A stretch of DNA of 36,331 nucleotides, from assembly GCA_965656495.1 (NCBI GenBank), contig CBFHKU010000013.1, forward strand, positions 1 through 36,331, written 5' to 3'. Below the pieces are notes generated by a model. The model worked only from the letters and a program-made list of their open reading frames with translations. It had not been told where the DNA came from and ran no database searches. Of the stretch, positions 10,379-21,329 are shown one piece after another. The first letter of the stretch is position 1. Every line of letters begins with the position of its first letter. A program made the position numbers and the translations under genes. The DNA is from Coraliomargaritaceae bacterium (GTDB lineage Bacteria; Verrucomicrobiota; Verrucomicrobiia; Opitutales; Coraliomargaritaceae).

Positions 10379-11827
10379 ATGAGAGTCCTAATATGTAAGT
10401 TTTTATTACTTTCACTCTTTTTCCATATCCCATTCGCGGGCGCATGGGCCGAGGCCGCCCTCCACGGAAAAATAAAAAAACCCAACATTCTCCTCTTTCT
10501 GGTGGATGACTTCGGGGCACGTGACCTTAGTTGCTACGGCTCGAGCTTCTACGAGACCCCCGCAATTGACCGACTCGCACTTGAGGGCCAGCGCTACATT
10601 CAAGCCTACGCAGCACACCCACGTTGCGTTCCCTCGCGCTACGGGCTCTTCACCGGGCGCTTCCCAGCCCGTGATGGTTGTCCTGGCAAAACCTACAATA
10701 TCGCATCCCAGACACGCACCCTTGCAGAGGCCCTAAAGGAAGGGGGCTATGCGACCTTTTTCGCAGGCAAGTGGCATCTGGGGAAAAGCGCTGCAGAGAT
10801 GCCTGATGCGCAAGGCTTTGACATCAATATTGCCGGCGGGGCAGCGGGCGCGCCACGTTCCTACTTCGCCCCCTACAACCAATCCAAGAACCCCAATCAC
10901 AAAGCCGCCAAAATTGATGGCCTCGACGATGCTCCAAAGGACGAATACCTCACTGATCGCCTCACCGATGAGACCGTTCGGTTTCTAGAAAAACATGCCG
11001 AATCCGATCAGCCGAAACCTTTTTTTGCAGTGCTGGCGCACTACGCAGTTCATACTCCCATCGAAGCAAAAGCGGAAGACAGCAAATATTTCGAGAATAA
11101 GCGCGGCCCGGTCGGCCCGGAAAAGTTTATGCTGCGGGACGGTAGCACTAAAATCGAACAGGACAACGCTACCTATGCCGCCATGATACGCAGCACCGAC
11201 CAAAGCCTCGAACGTGTTTTACGCACCCTGGATAAACTCAAGCTGACCGAGAACACTCTTGTTATTTTAACCTCAGACCACGGAGGACTTTCCAATCGGG
11301 GCGCTCAAAGCAATCGTCCACTCGCGACCAGCAACCTTCCGCTTCGCGCCGGGAAAGGACACCTCTACGAGGGTGGCATTCGTGTGCCTTTCATTGTGCG
11401 CTGGCCCGGGGTTGCGCCTGTTGGTCAAACCAATAATACCATTGTGACCGGTAGCGATCTTTATGCCACCTGTCTCGCGGCAGTAGGATTGGAACCCGAA
11501 CCCGAACACCACCTCGACAGCGTCAACATCCTGCCGGCCATCAAAGGCGAAGCAATGGAGCGGGAGGCGATCCTCTGGCACAGCCCCCGCCCCCGCCCTT
11601 CCAGTACGGGTGACACCGCTTCCAGCGCCCTACGGGTCGGCAATTATAAGCTCATTAAATTTTACTTTCCAGAGGTACACTACGAACTCTACGACCTCTA
11701 CACTGATCCCAATGAAACCAAGGATCTTTCGCAGCTTCAGGTCTCAGTATACAAGCAGCTCATCCAACGCCTCAATTCCAAGCTAGCTGAGGTGAATGCG
11801 ATCGAACCGCACACTGGAAAAAAATAA
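10379..11827 (+). CDS. Sulfatase (arylsulfatase A-like S1)
   Basis: KPNILLFLVDD, CVPSR, GKWHLG, HYAVHTP, SDHGG, GKGHLYEGGIRVP. Start moved to ATG 10379 (MRVLICK…, signal peptide) because the ORF-track start overlaps the regulator. Confidence 0.93.
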   Translation: MRVLICKFLLLSLFFHIPFAGAWAEAALHGKIKKPNILLFLVDDFGARDLSCYGSSFYETPAIDRLALEGQRYIQAYAAHPRCVPSRYGLFTGRFPARDGCPGKTYNIASQTRTLAEALKEGGYATFFAGKWHLGKSAAEMPDAQGFDINIAGGAAGAPRSYFAPYNQSKNPNHKAAKIDGLDDAPKDEYLTDRLTDETVRFLEKHAESDQPKPFFAVLAHYAVHTPIEAKAEDSKYFENKRGPVGPEKFMLRDGSTKIEQDNATYAAMIRSTDQSLERVLRTLDKLKLTENTLVILTSDHGGLSNRGAQSNRPLATSNLPLRAGKGHLYEGGIRVPFIVRWPGVAPVGQTNNTIVTGSDLYATCLAAVGLEPEPEHHLDSVNILPAIKGEAMEREAILWHSPRPRPSSTGDTASSALRVGNYKLIKFYFPEVHYELYDLYTDPNETKDLSQLQVSVYKQLIQRLNSKLAEVNAIEPHTGKK

Positions 11828-11895
11828 TCGGGAAACCTGCCGCATAACACCCATAAAATCTCGCAGGAAGCAGGAGTTCCTGTGAAATTAAAACA

Positions 11896-13350
11896 ATGAA
11901 GCATTTTTTAAGAATAATATTCATAAGCTTCGCGTTTTCGCTATGCACGCAGGCCGCGCAACCCAAGCGTATTATTTTCATTCTTAGCGATGATCACCGC
12001 CACGACTTCATGGGCTTCACCGGAAAGGTTCCGTGGCTGGAAACGCCCCATATGGATCGGCTCGCCCGCGAAGGGGCACACCTGAAAAATGCCTATGTCA
12101 CCACCTCCCTTTGCTCCCCCAGTCGCGCTACAATTTTGACCGGGCTCTATGCACACCAACATACCATTGTTGATAATCAGGCCCCTAACCCCGGTGGACT
12201 TACCTATTTCCCGGAATACCTACAGGATGCCGGATTCACCACCGCCTTTTTTGGCAAGTGGCACATGGGGGATCATTCCGATGACCCGCAACCCGGCTTC
12301 GACCATTGGGAGAGTTTCAAAGGCCAGGGTGTCTACTACGGTCCCCTGCTTAACATCAACGGCAAGCACCAGCAATACGATGAAACGGTCTATACCACCG
12401 ACCTCCTGACCGAGCACGCCATTGAATGGATGCAGGCTCAAGAAAAAGAGAAGCCTTTCTTTCTCTACCTCTCGCACAAATCCGTACACGCGGAATTTGC
12501 GGCTGCTAAACGTCACATTGGACGCTATGCGGACCAAAACTACACCTTTCCGCAGACCTATATCCAGACAAAAACAGGAGCCTACCGCAAGCTGCTCTGG
12601 CCGGAATGGGTCAAGCAACAACGCGTTAGCTGGCACGGCGTTGACTACATGTATCACCAGAACAGAAGTTTACAGGATGAAGTGCGTGACTACTGCGAAA
12701 CGCTCGCAGGAGTCGACGACAGTATAGGACGCATTCTGGACTATCTGGAGGCCGAGGATCTAAGCGATTCCACCCTTGTCATCTATATGGGAGATAATGG
12801 CTTCAGTTGGGGCGAGCATGGCTTGATCGACAAACGCCATTTTTATGAGGAATCCGGCAAAGTACCCCTGCTCATGCGCTACCCGGATGGCATCACCGGT
12901 GAGCAAACGGTCGATGCCCTTATCGACAACAGCGACCTCGCCCCCACCATTCTCGACTTTGCAGGCCTCCAGGCACCGGAACACTTCGTTGGCCACAGCA
13001 TCCGCAAAGTTCTCAATAAAAAGCAACCGGAAACATGGCGTGAATACATATTCTACGAATACTATTGGGAATATGATTACCCCATGACACCCACCACTTT
13101 TGGAATACGCGACGCGCAATTTAAATACATCCGCTATCACGGCATCTGGGATCGCAATGAGCTCTATGATCTGCAAAACGATCCCCACGAAATGTACAAT
13201 CTGATAGAATCGCCCAAGCACCAGTCGCGAATTAAAGCGATGGCTGAAAAACTCTACGACTGGCTGGATTCCACCAATGGCATGCAAATCCCCCTGAAAC
13301 GCACCGTGAAACACCGCTGGGGAGATTTTCTACATCCTAACCAGTATTAG
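11896..13350 (+). CDS. Sulfatase (N-acetylglucosamine-6-sulfatase-like S1)
   Basis: IIFILSDDHR, CSPSR, GKWHMG, SHKSVH, GDNG…GEHGLIDKR. Signal peptide. Confidence 0.94.
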   Translation: MKHFLRIIFISFAFSLCTQAAQPKRIIFILSDDHRHDFMGFTGKVPWLETPHMDRLAREGAHLKNAYVTTSLCSPSRATILTGLYAHQHTIVDNQAPNPGGLTYFPEYLQDAGFTTAFFGKWHMGDHSDDPQPGFDHWESFKGQGVYYGPLLNINGKHQQYDETVYTTDLLTEHAIEWMQAQEKEKPFFLYLSHKSVHAEFAAAKRHIGRYADQNYTFPQTYIQTKTGAYRKLLWPEWVKQQRVSWHGVDYMYHQNRSLQDEVRDYCETLAGVDDSIGRILDYLEAEDLSDSTLVIYMGDNGFSWGEHGLIDKRHFYEESGKVPLLMRYPDGITGEQTVDALIDNSDLAPTILDFAGLQAPEHFVGHSIRKVLNKKQPETWREYIFYEYYWEYDYPMTPTTFGIRDAQFKYIRYHGIWDRNELYDLQNDPHEMYNLIESPKHQSRIKAMAEKLYDWLDSTNGMQIPLKRTVKHRWGDFLHPNQY

Positions 13351-13396
13351 AGATAAATTCTCACCGAAACCCAGACACTGCGCAGAACGATTCTAT

Positions 13397-14506
13397 TTAA
13401 TCCTTCATTTCCAGAAGCACTTCCCGAAGGGCATAATAGGCCGGCTTCGGCGCATAATCGTAATCAAAGATGCAACCGTCCAGATGCCTGTTCTTAAACC
13501 ACGAATCGTCGTCACTCAAATTCCAGACATTCCAAGTCACCTCGCCGCTGTCTCGTTTCGATAACAAAGTGCGCAAAATCGCGGCAAAGGTTTTAGCCTG
13601 CCCCTTGTAGTCCTTCGCTTTGCGCAACCAGACGTTGTTCTCCGTCACGTGAAAGGAAAGATCATTGGCATGCGCGCGCTCAATCAAGGCCTCAAGATCC
13701 TTTAGATTTGTTCCCTCTTTTTCCCATCCCAGGTTCACGTGCGCCTGCCAGCCAATGCCGTCCACCCGAAGACCCTGACCACGCAGGTAATCCACTAAAT
13801 CAAAGATTCGGTCCCAAATTTCAGGGCGTACGCTGCCATGTTGGTTAATAATCTGTTCAATCTCCGGAGCGTGCTCGTTCGCGATCTCAAACGCCATTTT
13901 GATGTAGCGTGGCGGCTTCAAGGGATGCGTCTCATCAAAGCCCAAGAGCGTCCAGGGATTCTCCCAACGATCAACGCCGGGCCTTGGACCAAACCATACA
14001 TTTTTTTTCGGCTCAATGGTTTCATTGACGACATCCATCCATTTGACCTGCGGTAGACCGTTGTAGCGCTGGCACAGTGCCGTCATGTAATCAATGAGGC
14101 TTTTCTCCAACTCGGCCGCGGTGCGGTGATCCGCCTTCGCCCATGTCGAGCACTGCGGACTAATAGGGCCATGAATACGGATCACCTGTTCATGCTTGGC
14201 GGCACTCGCTACCCATGCATCGGCACGCTTCCAGTTCCAGACCCCCGGACGCGGATGCACCATCTGATGCTTGAAGTCATTTTCCGGAGTGATGTAGCTG
14301 AATTCACGATCGAGCAGACCGGACCTGCGGGAGGGCTTTTCCCAACCCGTAGTTCCCCCGATATAGACATTGCCCTCGGGGTAATGCGCCGCGGTGATCT
14401 CTCGGAGCGAAGGACCACCGGTCACCGGTAGCACTGCAGGCAGATCAGCCAGCAGGGCGCTACCTAGCATGCATAGGTAAATAAGTGCGCAATTTTGTAA
14501 TATCAT
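13397..14506 (-). CDS. GH10 endo-xylanase-like glycoside hydrolase
   Basis: TPENDFK, IRIHG, acid/base WMDVVNE, DGIGWQAH, nucleophile HVTE, KPAYY. Confidence 0.88.
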   Translation of the reverse strand: MILQNCALIYLCMLGSALLADLPAVLPVTGGPSLREITAAHYPEGNVYIGGTTGWEKPSRRSGLLDREFSYITPENDFKHQMVHPRPGVWNWKRADAWVASAAKHEQVIRIHGPISPQCSTWAKADHRTAAELEKSLIDYMTALCQRYNGLPQVKWMDVVNETIEPKKNVWFGPRPGVDRWENPWTLLGFDETHPLKPPRYIKMAFEIANEHAPEIEQIINQHGSVRPEIWDRIFDLVDYLRGQGLRVDGIGWQAHVNLGWEKEGTNLKDLEALIERAHANDLSFHVTENNVWLRKAKDYKGQAKTFAAILRTLLSKRDSGEVTWNVWNLSDDDSWFKNRHLDGCIFDYDYAPKPAYYALREVLLEMKD

Positions 14507-14508
14507 TT

Positions 14509-16929
14509 TTAGTCTTCGATAAATCCTAATCGTTCCAAGAAGTCGGTCGCACGATTAAGACTATCTGCAAAATTTTGCAGGTGCCCACCTTTGTGATAAA
14601 AACTATGGTGCTCATTGGGGTAGATAACAAGCTCACAAGGATTCCCCAAATGGTGCATCTTTTCAGCGAAGGCCATACAGCGTTCTACCGTTGTAGTTGT
14701 ATCACGCTCGCCATTAAAAATGAGCATTGGCGGCTGGGCGCCCTGCATCTGGTCAATCGGCGAAATGACCTCGCCATCAGGTCGAATCTGCTTACTCCCG
14801 AAACCCTTGCGGGTCGTGTCCAGAACCGGATTAAACAGAAAGACCGCATTGGGACGCGGACTGACGCCCCGCAAGCCGGGCTCGGTGCTTTCATATCCGC
14901 CAACCGTCGCCACTGCAGCAGCGAGGTGACCGCCCGCTGATCCGCCTGTCACCGCAATACGATTGGGATCGACCCCAAGCTCGCTCGCGTGGGCGCGCAC
15001 GTATTGCAGCGCTTGCATCGCATCAAGAGTACTTTCAATCGGAGAGGTGCCATGCACGCTCCGAATGCGGTAGCGCGGACAGAACACCACCATTCCCCGA
15101 CTGGCCAGATATTGCGCTTGCCAATAAAACGCCCGGGGATCTCCGGTGTTCCATCCCCCACCGTGAAAAGCCACCAGAGCACTCCGTTGATCCTTCGGGT
15201 TCCATCCCTTTGGCTTAAAAACATGCAAATCCAATTTACCCTCAGGGCGCGTGGCATAGGTGATAAAAGCATCTGGTTCCCGCCACTCTATTTCAGCAGT
15301 TGGATCAACTGCATTTGCAGGATCCGCGATTGAGAGCCAGGCAGGGCGCATTGCCTCCTCGCTGGATGTTTTGGCACGTCGCAGGTGTTTATCACCGCGG
15401 GCCATGCGCTGCATATCAAGCAATACATCGGCATAGTCAGGATCGTTCGCCAAATTGCGCGTTTCATCCGGATCCTTATAATAGTCGTAGAGTTCGACGT
15501 CTAAGACAGGACCGTGCGTGCCGCCTTCGCGAAAACCCGTGTCTTCCCACTCGATGTATCGATACCGCGGACTGCGCCAACTATAGCCCATGATTTCGCG
15601 TCCCTCGACATAACGGGTAAACTGGCTGACTGCGGCAGGCTTCACGTGCTTGTTTTCGTTGCTTAAAATTGGCCTGAGACTCGTTCCGGCTATTCCATTG
15701 GGTGCTTCAAGACCGCTCAAGTCACAAAGCGTTGCAAAGAGATCGACCAACTCGACCGGGGCAGGCGATTTCCCGCCGGCGAGGTGCGCGGGATCACGTG
15801 GATCAATAATCATAAAAGGTACGCGGGTCGACTGTTCATAGTTGGTGTGCTTGCACCACATCCCATGGTCGCCGAGGTGATAGCCATGATCGCTCCACAA
15901 AACAATCACGGTATTATTGGCCTCCCCGCTTGCCTCCAACGCATCGAGCAGCTTACCGATTTGGGCATCAATATAGGAAACACAAGCATAGTAGCCGTGT
16001 ATGAGTTCCACAGCAGTTGCATCCGGGATTCCACCTTCTTCCCCAAGCAATGGCACACCGGAGTAGGAGCCGTTGCGCAATTCCCAGCCCGGTTGATGGT
16101 GGTAGACCGGCGAGCCTTCAGGGCGTTCCGTCAGATAATGCGGCTTAAACTGTGACGACTTATAAAGATCCCAGTATTTTTTGGGCGCAACGAATGGCAG
16201 GTGTGGCTTCTTAAAACCGACCGCCAGAAAGAACGGTTCCTTCTTGGGTGCGAGTTCCTTAATAAGCGCGACCCCTGATCTCGCTATCTGTCCGTCATCG
16301 TAGGCTTCGTCCGCAACGGCTTCTGTTCCTTCGTAAGGCGGCGTGCCCCCCAGTGCTTGCTTCAACGGAGTTTTGTCCCCTGCCAAAGCCAGGGCCTGCT
16401 TCTTCGTGCGCACCATCCCCACATATTCAGGATTCACCAACCCGAATTCACTTTCCGGGTTTTTATCGAATATAATATACGGACGACTCCAGGAATCCGG
16501 ATCATCTTTTTTATGACCCTCCACTGATCGAAAATCAAAAATCTTCCCCACCCCGACGGCATGGTACCCGTTCGCCCGGAAGTGTTGTGGGATCGTAATG
16601 ATATTGGGGTTTTCATCACGAATCCTGGTTTTCAAATCCCACACGCGGGTTTGGTCAGGGCGGCAACCCGTCATCACGCTGGCCCGCGAGGGCCCGCAAA
16701 CCGCCTGCTGGCAATGCGCATTTAAAAAGGTCATGCCTTTCGCGGCAAAGCGGTCAAAATTTGGAGTAACTGCAATTTTATCTCCGTAGTTCGAAAGCGT
16801 CGGCTTCAGGTCATCCACCGCAATAAAAAGTATATTCGGTTCACCGGCATTCGCCCGGGCATACCCTTTCAGGGAAAGCCCGATGGCCGATGTTATTATC
16901 AATATGAATAGGACGTATTTACTTTTCAT
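14509..16929 (-). CDS. Sulfatase fused to a C-terminal alpha/beta-hydrolase (HSL-type esterase)
   Basis: N-terminal: PNILFIAVDDLK, CGPSR, KPHLPF, WCKH. C-terminal: FHGGGW, GGSAGG (GxSxG), GERD, EHHSF. Confidence 0.93.
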   Translation of the reverse strand: MKSKYVLFILIITSAIGLSLKGYARANAGEPNILFIAVDDLKPTLSNYGDKIAVTPNFDRFAAKGMTFLNAHCQQAVCGPSRASVMTGCRPDQTRVWDLKTRIRDENPNIITIPQHFRANGYHAVGVGKIFDFRSVEGHKKDDPDSWSRPYIIFDKNPESEFGLVNPEYVGMVRTKKQALALAGDKTPLKQALGGTPPYEGTEAVADEAYDDGQIARSGVALIKELAPKKEPFFLAVGFKKPHLPFVAPKKYWDLYKSSQFKPHYLTERPEGSPVYHHQPGWELRNGSYSGVPLLGEEGGIPDATAVELIHGYYACVSYIDAQIGKLLDALEASGEANNTVIVLWSDHGYHLGDHGMWCKHTNYEQSTRVPFMIIDPRDPAHLAGGKSPAPVELVDLFATLCDLSGLEAPNGIAGTSLRPILSNENKHVKPAAVSQFTRYVEGREIMGYSWRSPRYRYIEWEDTGFREGGTHGPVLDVELYDYYKDPDETRNLANDPDYADVLLDMQRMARGDKHLRRAKTSSEEAMRPAWLSIADPANAVDPTAEIEWREPDAFITYATRPEGKLDLHVFKPKGWNPKDQRSALVAFHGGGWNTGDPRAFYWQAQYLASRGMVVFCPRYRIRSVHGTSPIESTLDAMQALQYVRAHASELGVDPNRIAVTGGSAGGHLAAAVATVGGYESTEPGLRGVSPRPNAVFLFNPVLDTTRKGFGSKQIRPDGEVISPIDQMQGAQPPMLIFNGERDTTTTVERCMAFAEKMHHLGNPCELVIYPNEHHSFYHKGGHLQNFADSLNRATDFLERLGFIED

Positions 16930-16933
16930 AAAT

Positions 16934-19567
16934 TCAATTTTGATTCACTTCCAAACGGCTGAATCGCTTGTCATAGGATTCATCCAAAAGAGGAATCCTT
17001 ATAACTTCGTCCACCTGACCATGAATAAAAGTCGGGCTTAGACTGTCCCAATCCACCAAATCGGTTGAGTGTTTAAGCGTGTATTTTAAATCGATTGAAT
17101 CGACCGCAAGGGTGAGCTCGTAATACTTTGCTCCGTTAAAATCTACAAGCTTCGGCAGTAAACTCACCCCATCTGTAGAGAGAGGGTTTCCCCCGAGCGC
17201 GTATTCCATAAAATTGGTAATGCCATCCTTATCGGGATCATCCATCGCAGACTGCAAGGTCTCGCCAGACCAATCCAAGCGATCGACCCAAAGGTAATAA
17301 CGATCTGCCTCAAGTTTACGCACCTTCAAATAATCAATCGTAGCAAAATCAGATGCACCCCAATCGGTTTGATTATTCTGCCCAGCATATATCATACTGT
17401 CCCAATTGGTACCGCTCGCACCAAGATTCACTTGACCTGCAAAAAATTCAGCAGCGCTTCCAATCGTCAAATAAACATCTGCAGTGTCGGCATCCAAATC
17501 GACTACGGAACGTATTTTAGCCGGTTCACTAAGCGCAAACTGATCCGTGAAAGTATGAAGGAGGGTGTAGGTTGAATCGATGTATGTGCTGACTGCAAGA
17601 CCACCCCCTGTCTTATTGATGCGCACCATAAATATCTCTGTATCTGCGGCGGAATCTCTCATTCCAAAACCGAAGGAAGCCCCATTGGAATCACCAGCGG
17701 TGAGATCGGCGGAAAGCACCACAAATTCGATTTCATATTTACCGGTATTTCGAGACTCAAACATCATGGGCTCAGCAATAATAAAATCTCCCTGCCATGG
17801 CGTGGTGATAGAGGGGTGCTGCGTAATCCTGAGTGCTCCGGCACCATCGGTTTGCGCCGAGACCGCCGCCTCCGTGAACACTGCAGTTCCAGTGGAATTT
17901 GTACTGTCCTTTAATTGCGTCCCGGCAGTATCATCAAAAGGCCAATATTCCAATGTTACCTCCCTTGAAGGTAAACTGACATCATTGAGCACAACCTGTT
18001 GGGTTCCATCAGCCAATAAATTTACGGTGGAGTTATAGTCAGTCCCATTATAACTGACGATTAATTCCTGTTCTCCCTTAAAGCCACTGAGCGTCGCCTC
18101 ACCGCTCGCTTCAGTGCTCTCAGTGACATCGGAATGATATCGTATGCGGTGCAAATAATACCACACGAGCCCATTAAGTTTAATGATCGGACCATCAACC
18201 CCACCCGCGCCATCCCCGTAATAACAAAGCGAACGTGTGTAGGCATTGTCGGTACCGTCTGGCTGCGGATTCATAATATCCCAGGCATTCATGCCGGTGA
18301 CCTGTTCATGACTAAAGTACACATGCAGGATTTCTTCCGTCAAGCGGGCACGGGTCTCCTCATCGTAAGCTTCCACCAACTCAGCGCTCTGGAATTGGTA
18401 GTTGTCTTTGATTTCAAACTCTGTCCCTACAATTTCCAGACCGGGATATCGCTGCGCAAACTCATCGATCCGTGAATATACTGTAGCGGCATCGTAGTCT
18501 GTCAGGAATTTAAAACGGCTCTGGAAGCCAATTCCATCAATCGCGCCACCATCGGCAATAACCCGGTCAATGCGGCTGAAATAAGCATCACGGCGACTGC
18601 TATAATTACTGCCGGACTCAAAGCTGGCAGAGGGTAATTGAAATTCATTGATCAACAATTTCGCGTCCGGGTTTACTTTATGCGTCTCGGCAATATTAAA
18701 CCACTCCGCCATCTGATTTTCCCCTAGAATTTCAAGCAAAAGGGCATTACTGAGAGTTTCATTGAGCACATCCCACTCGTATAAATCCCACCGGCTCACC
18801 CATTCCTGTACCTCCGCATCGACCACCGCCTTGAGGGCATCCTTATCCGCCTGCGTGCGCGCACTGGCCTTGTATGTTTCCACTGCCCCGAGAACATTAT
18901 AGGACGCATAGTCCGAAGTTGAGGCAGTGCTAAGATGTCGACCGTAATCGAACCCCGGTACCGCTCCGGGCGTGTCCATCGCCGCGACACTACCTAACCC
19001 GGGCCAGAGCAAGAGATGCCCCCGAACATCCAGATCGTTTGCCGCTGCCCATGTCAAAAAGCCCGGAATATATTCATGTTGATTAACAATGCGGGGTTTA
19101 AATCCGTTGTTGAGTCCTACCGAATTAAAGAGGGCGGTAACGATGCGTTTCCAGTCATCGGTGGTAGATCCTGCGTCTGCCAAATCATTCCTTGCGTCCG
19201 TCAGATCCATCACGGTGACAACACCCCCAAATTTGAAATCGTGCTTTTTGAGCGCCATACGCACCGCTGCCCCTGAAACCGGATTACCGACGCTATCAAC
19301 CACTTCCACCGTAAGATTTGCTTTGCGGTGTGCTTCAATACGGGCATCCGCCGCAGTCCTCCAGGCCGGCTCTGTCTGCGGCTTTACGATGGAAGCTAAA
19401 TCCGCAATCTCTTGTGCGCTCAGGCTGATCCCGAGATCGGTTTCTATTTGCGTAATCTCGGATTCAGTCAGGCTTGGAGTAAGCTGTCCCAGTAAGTTCG
19501 TTGCTGCCGTCAGGCTAAAAAATATAACCGCAAGCACTAGGAGTAGACAGTTGGTGTGCGCTTTCAT
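16934..19567 (-). CDS. Multidomain GH10-like glycoside hydrolase with a C-terminal beta-sandwich module and tail domain
   Basis: VRGHLLLW, WDVLNE, LLINE, IDGIGFQS, GTEFEI; tail DPDKDGITNFMEYALGGNP…STDLVDW…RFSRLEV. Confidence 0.85.
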   Translation of the reverse strand: MKAHTNCLLLVLAVIFFSLTAATNLLGQLTPSLTESEITQIETDLGISLSAQEIADLASIVKPQTEPAWRTAADARIEAHRKANLTVEVVDSVGNPVSGAAVRMALKKHDFKFGGVVTVMDLTDARNDLADAGSTTDDWKRIVTALFNSVGLNNGFKPRIVNQHEYIPGFLTWAAANDLDVRGHLLLWPGLGSVAAMDTPGAVPGFDYGRHLSTASTSDYASYNVLGAVETYKASARTQADKDALKAVVDAEVQEWVSRWDLYEWDVLNETLSNALLLEILGENQMAEWFNIAETHKVNPDAKLLINEFQLPSASFESGSNYSSRRDAYFSRIDRVIADGGAIDGIGFQSRFKFLTDYDAATVYSRIDEFAQRYPGLEIVGTEFEIKDNYQFQSAELVEAYDEETRARLTEEILHVYFSHEQVTGMNAWDIMNPQPDGTDNAYTRSLCYYGDGAGGVDGPIIKLNGLVWYYLHRIRYHSDVTESTEASGEATLSGFKGEQELIVSYNGTDYNSTVNLLADGTQQVVLNDVSLPSREVTLEYWPFDDTAGTQLKDSTNSTGTAVFTEAAVSAQTDGAGALRITQHPSITTPWQGDFIIAEPMMFESRNTGKYEIEFVVLSADLTAGDSNGASFGFGMRDSAADTEIFMVRINKTGGGLAVSTYIDSTYTLLHTFTDQFALSEPAKIRSVVDLDADTADVYLTIGSAAEFFAGQVNLGASGTNWDSMIYAGQNNQTDWGASDFATIDYLKVRKLEADRYYLWVDRLDWSGETLQSAMDDPDKDGITNFMEYALGGNPLSTDGVSLLPKLVDFNGAKYYELTLAVDSIDLKYTLKHSTDLVDWDSLSPTFIHGQVDEVIRIPLLDESYDKRFSRLEVNQN

Positions 19568-19676
19568 TATTTTGAAGTAAGATAATGAGAAGCATTGACA
19601 TCAGTCCACTCACCAACAATCCATCCTTTCGTTCTTTTTTGCCTTTTTATTAGTGAGTTTCTGAAATCCCGTGCCT

Positions 19677-21125
19677 TTAGATTGCCCCGCGTCGCGCCTC
19701 TAATTCATGCCGAATACCAGACGCCTTTTCCCGATCAATGGGGAAAAATTTCAAAAGCAAAAGTGCCAGCAACAAAGAACATACCGGTATCATAATATAG
19801 CCCAGTCGCATATTCCTATAGACCGCCTCCCCTTGATCACCACCTAGAGCAGCATCGAAGCCAGTCAATTCCAGCAAGGGTCCCGAAATCAAAAAGCCCA
19901 CACAAAAACTCAACTTCAAGATCCATGAAAAAATGGATGCAAAGCTGCCCTCGCGACGTTGCCCGGTTTTGAGTTCATCGTAATCCACCACATCCACCTG
20001 CATGGAGGGTAGCATTAACCACAACCCTGCATAACCCGCCCCAATAAAGGCGGTGTTGATCAACATTAACCAAGGGCATTCAGGCGTGAAAGTCCACCAG
20101 GTCGTGCCCGCTGAAAACAAAACCACACACACCGAGAGCACTAGACAACGGTTCTTCCCAATTCGTTCAGAGAGGCGGCGAAATATCGGGATAAAACTCA
20201 GACTAAAAATCGTGTACACCAGCGTGCCCCATCCCGCAAAAACCGCACCCCGACCCCAATCGCCACCCAGAACATAATAGGTCCCCACGTAACGACCGTA
20301 ACTGTCAAAAATTGCAGTCCCCAACAAAAAGAAAAGCGTGAAGATACACAGAATTAAAAACGCGCGATTCGAAAGCGTCTCCTTGAGACTCGTTAGTAAA
20401 CCAATCTTTTTTTGGCGCTGCCGCACCTGTTCGTAATAGCGCTCCTTAACGAAAATTGCCGGAATCAAACCGCCCACCAGTATAACCGCCGCTATTCCCA
20501 GACTGACATAGCGCATACCGTTCGCGGTGCTTGCAACCAACTCGCCGCTTCCCGGTTCCGTAACAAAAAAGAGGGGACGTAGCGTAATCCACCAAATCCA
20601 ACCATTCAACAGGCCCGCCAGCGTCTGGAAATACCCCCGCACCTCCGTTACCCGCGTGCGCTCATTATAGTCCGGAGTCATCTCCATCAGCATACTCTGA
20701 TAGGGCATCGCCCAAACCGTGAAACAGGTGTAGAAAATGATCCCAAATCCTATCACCCAAAGCATGTTCTGTTCAGGACTCAGCCCTGCCGGAAACCAGA
20801 AAATCAAAGGGTATGTAAGCGCCGATAAAATAGCCCCCACGAATATAAAGGGCCGACGGCGACCCCAACGCGTACGGGCATTATCCGAAATCCAACCCAT
20901 GATTGGGTCGATGATCCCATCCCATAAACGCAGGGACATTAAAATGATTGAGACATAGAGCGGGCGCATCTCCAACTCCATGTTGAACAAGGGGTAGGCA
21001 ATACTCACCAGCACCCATACAGACAGAATATCCACTGGTCCCCCCAGTGCATAGGCCAATTTTTTCGCAATGGGTACCCGGTCTCCTGCGGCAACCTGTA
21101 CGGCTTGATTATGGGGCTGACTCAT
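19677..21125 (-). CDS. GPH-family MFS sugar/glycoside:cation symporter
   Basis: DGIIDPIMGWISDNARTRWGRRRPF, EMTPDYNERT, DYDELKTGQRREG; about 12 hydrophobic segments. Confidence 0.93.
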   Translation of the reverse strand: MSQPHNQAVQVAAGDRVPIAKKLAYALGGPVDILSVWVLVSIAYPLFNMELEMRPLYVSIILMSLRLWDGIIDPIMGWISDNARTRWGRRRPFIFVGAILSALTYPLIFWFPAGLSPEQNMLWVIGFGIIFYTCFTVWAMPYQSMLMEMTPDYNERTRVTEVRGYFQTLAGLLNGWIWWITLRPLFFVTEPGSGELVASTANGMRYVSLGIAAVILVGGLIPAIFVKERYYEQVRQRQKKIGLLTSLKETLSNRAFLILCIFTLFFLLGTAIFDSYGRYVGTYYVLGGDWGRGAVFAGWGTLVYTIFSLSFIPIFRRLSERIGKNRCLVLSVCVVLFSAGTTWWTFTPECPWLMLINTAFIGAGYAGLWLMLPSMQVDVVDYDELKTGQRREGSFASIFSWILKLSFCVGFLISGPLLELTGFDAALGGDQGEAVYRNMRLGYIMIPVCSLLLALLLLKFFPIDREKASGIRHELEARRGAI

Positions 21126-21329
21126 CTATTTTAATAAGACTTGCTGGTGATGAGACGACAAGGGCATTACATCATTATAAACATAACGGATAGAATGAGA
21201 ATACGCAGTCCCCTAATTACGCTTTTTCATTTCATTAAGGCACTACTTAAATGCAAAATTGCATTTACCATCCCGAGCAAAACTTGAGAATAATAAACCT
21301 GTTTTTTAGAAAAAATCATCCATATCTGC

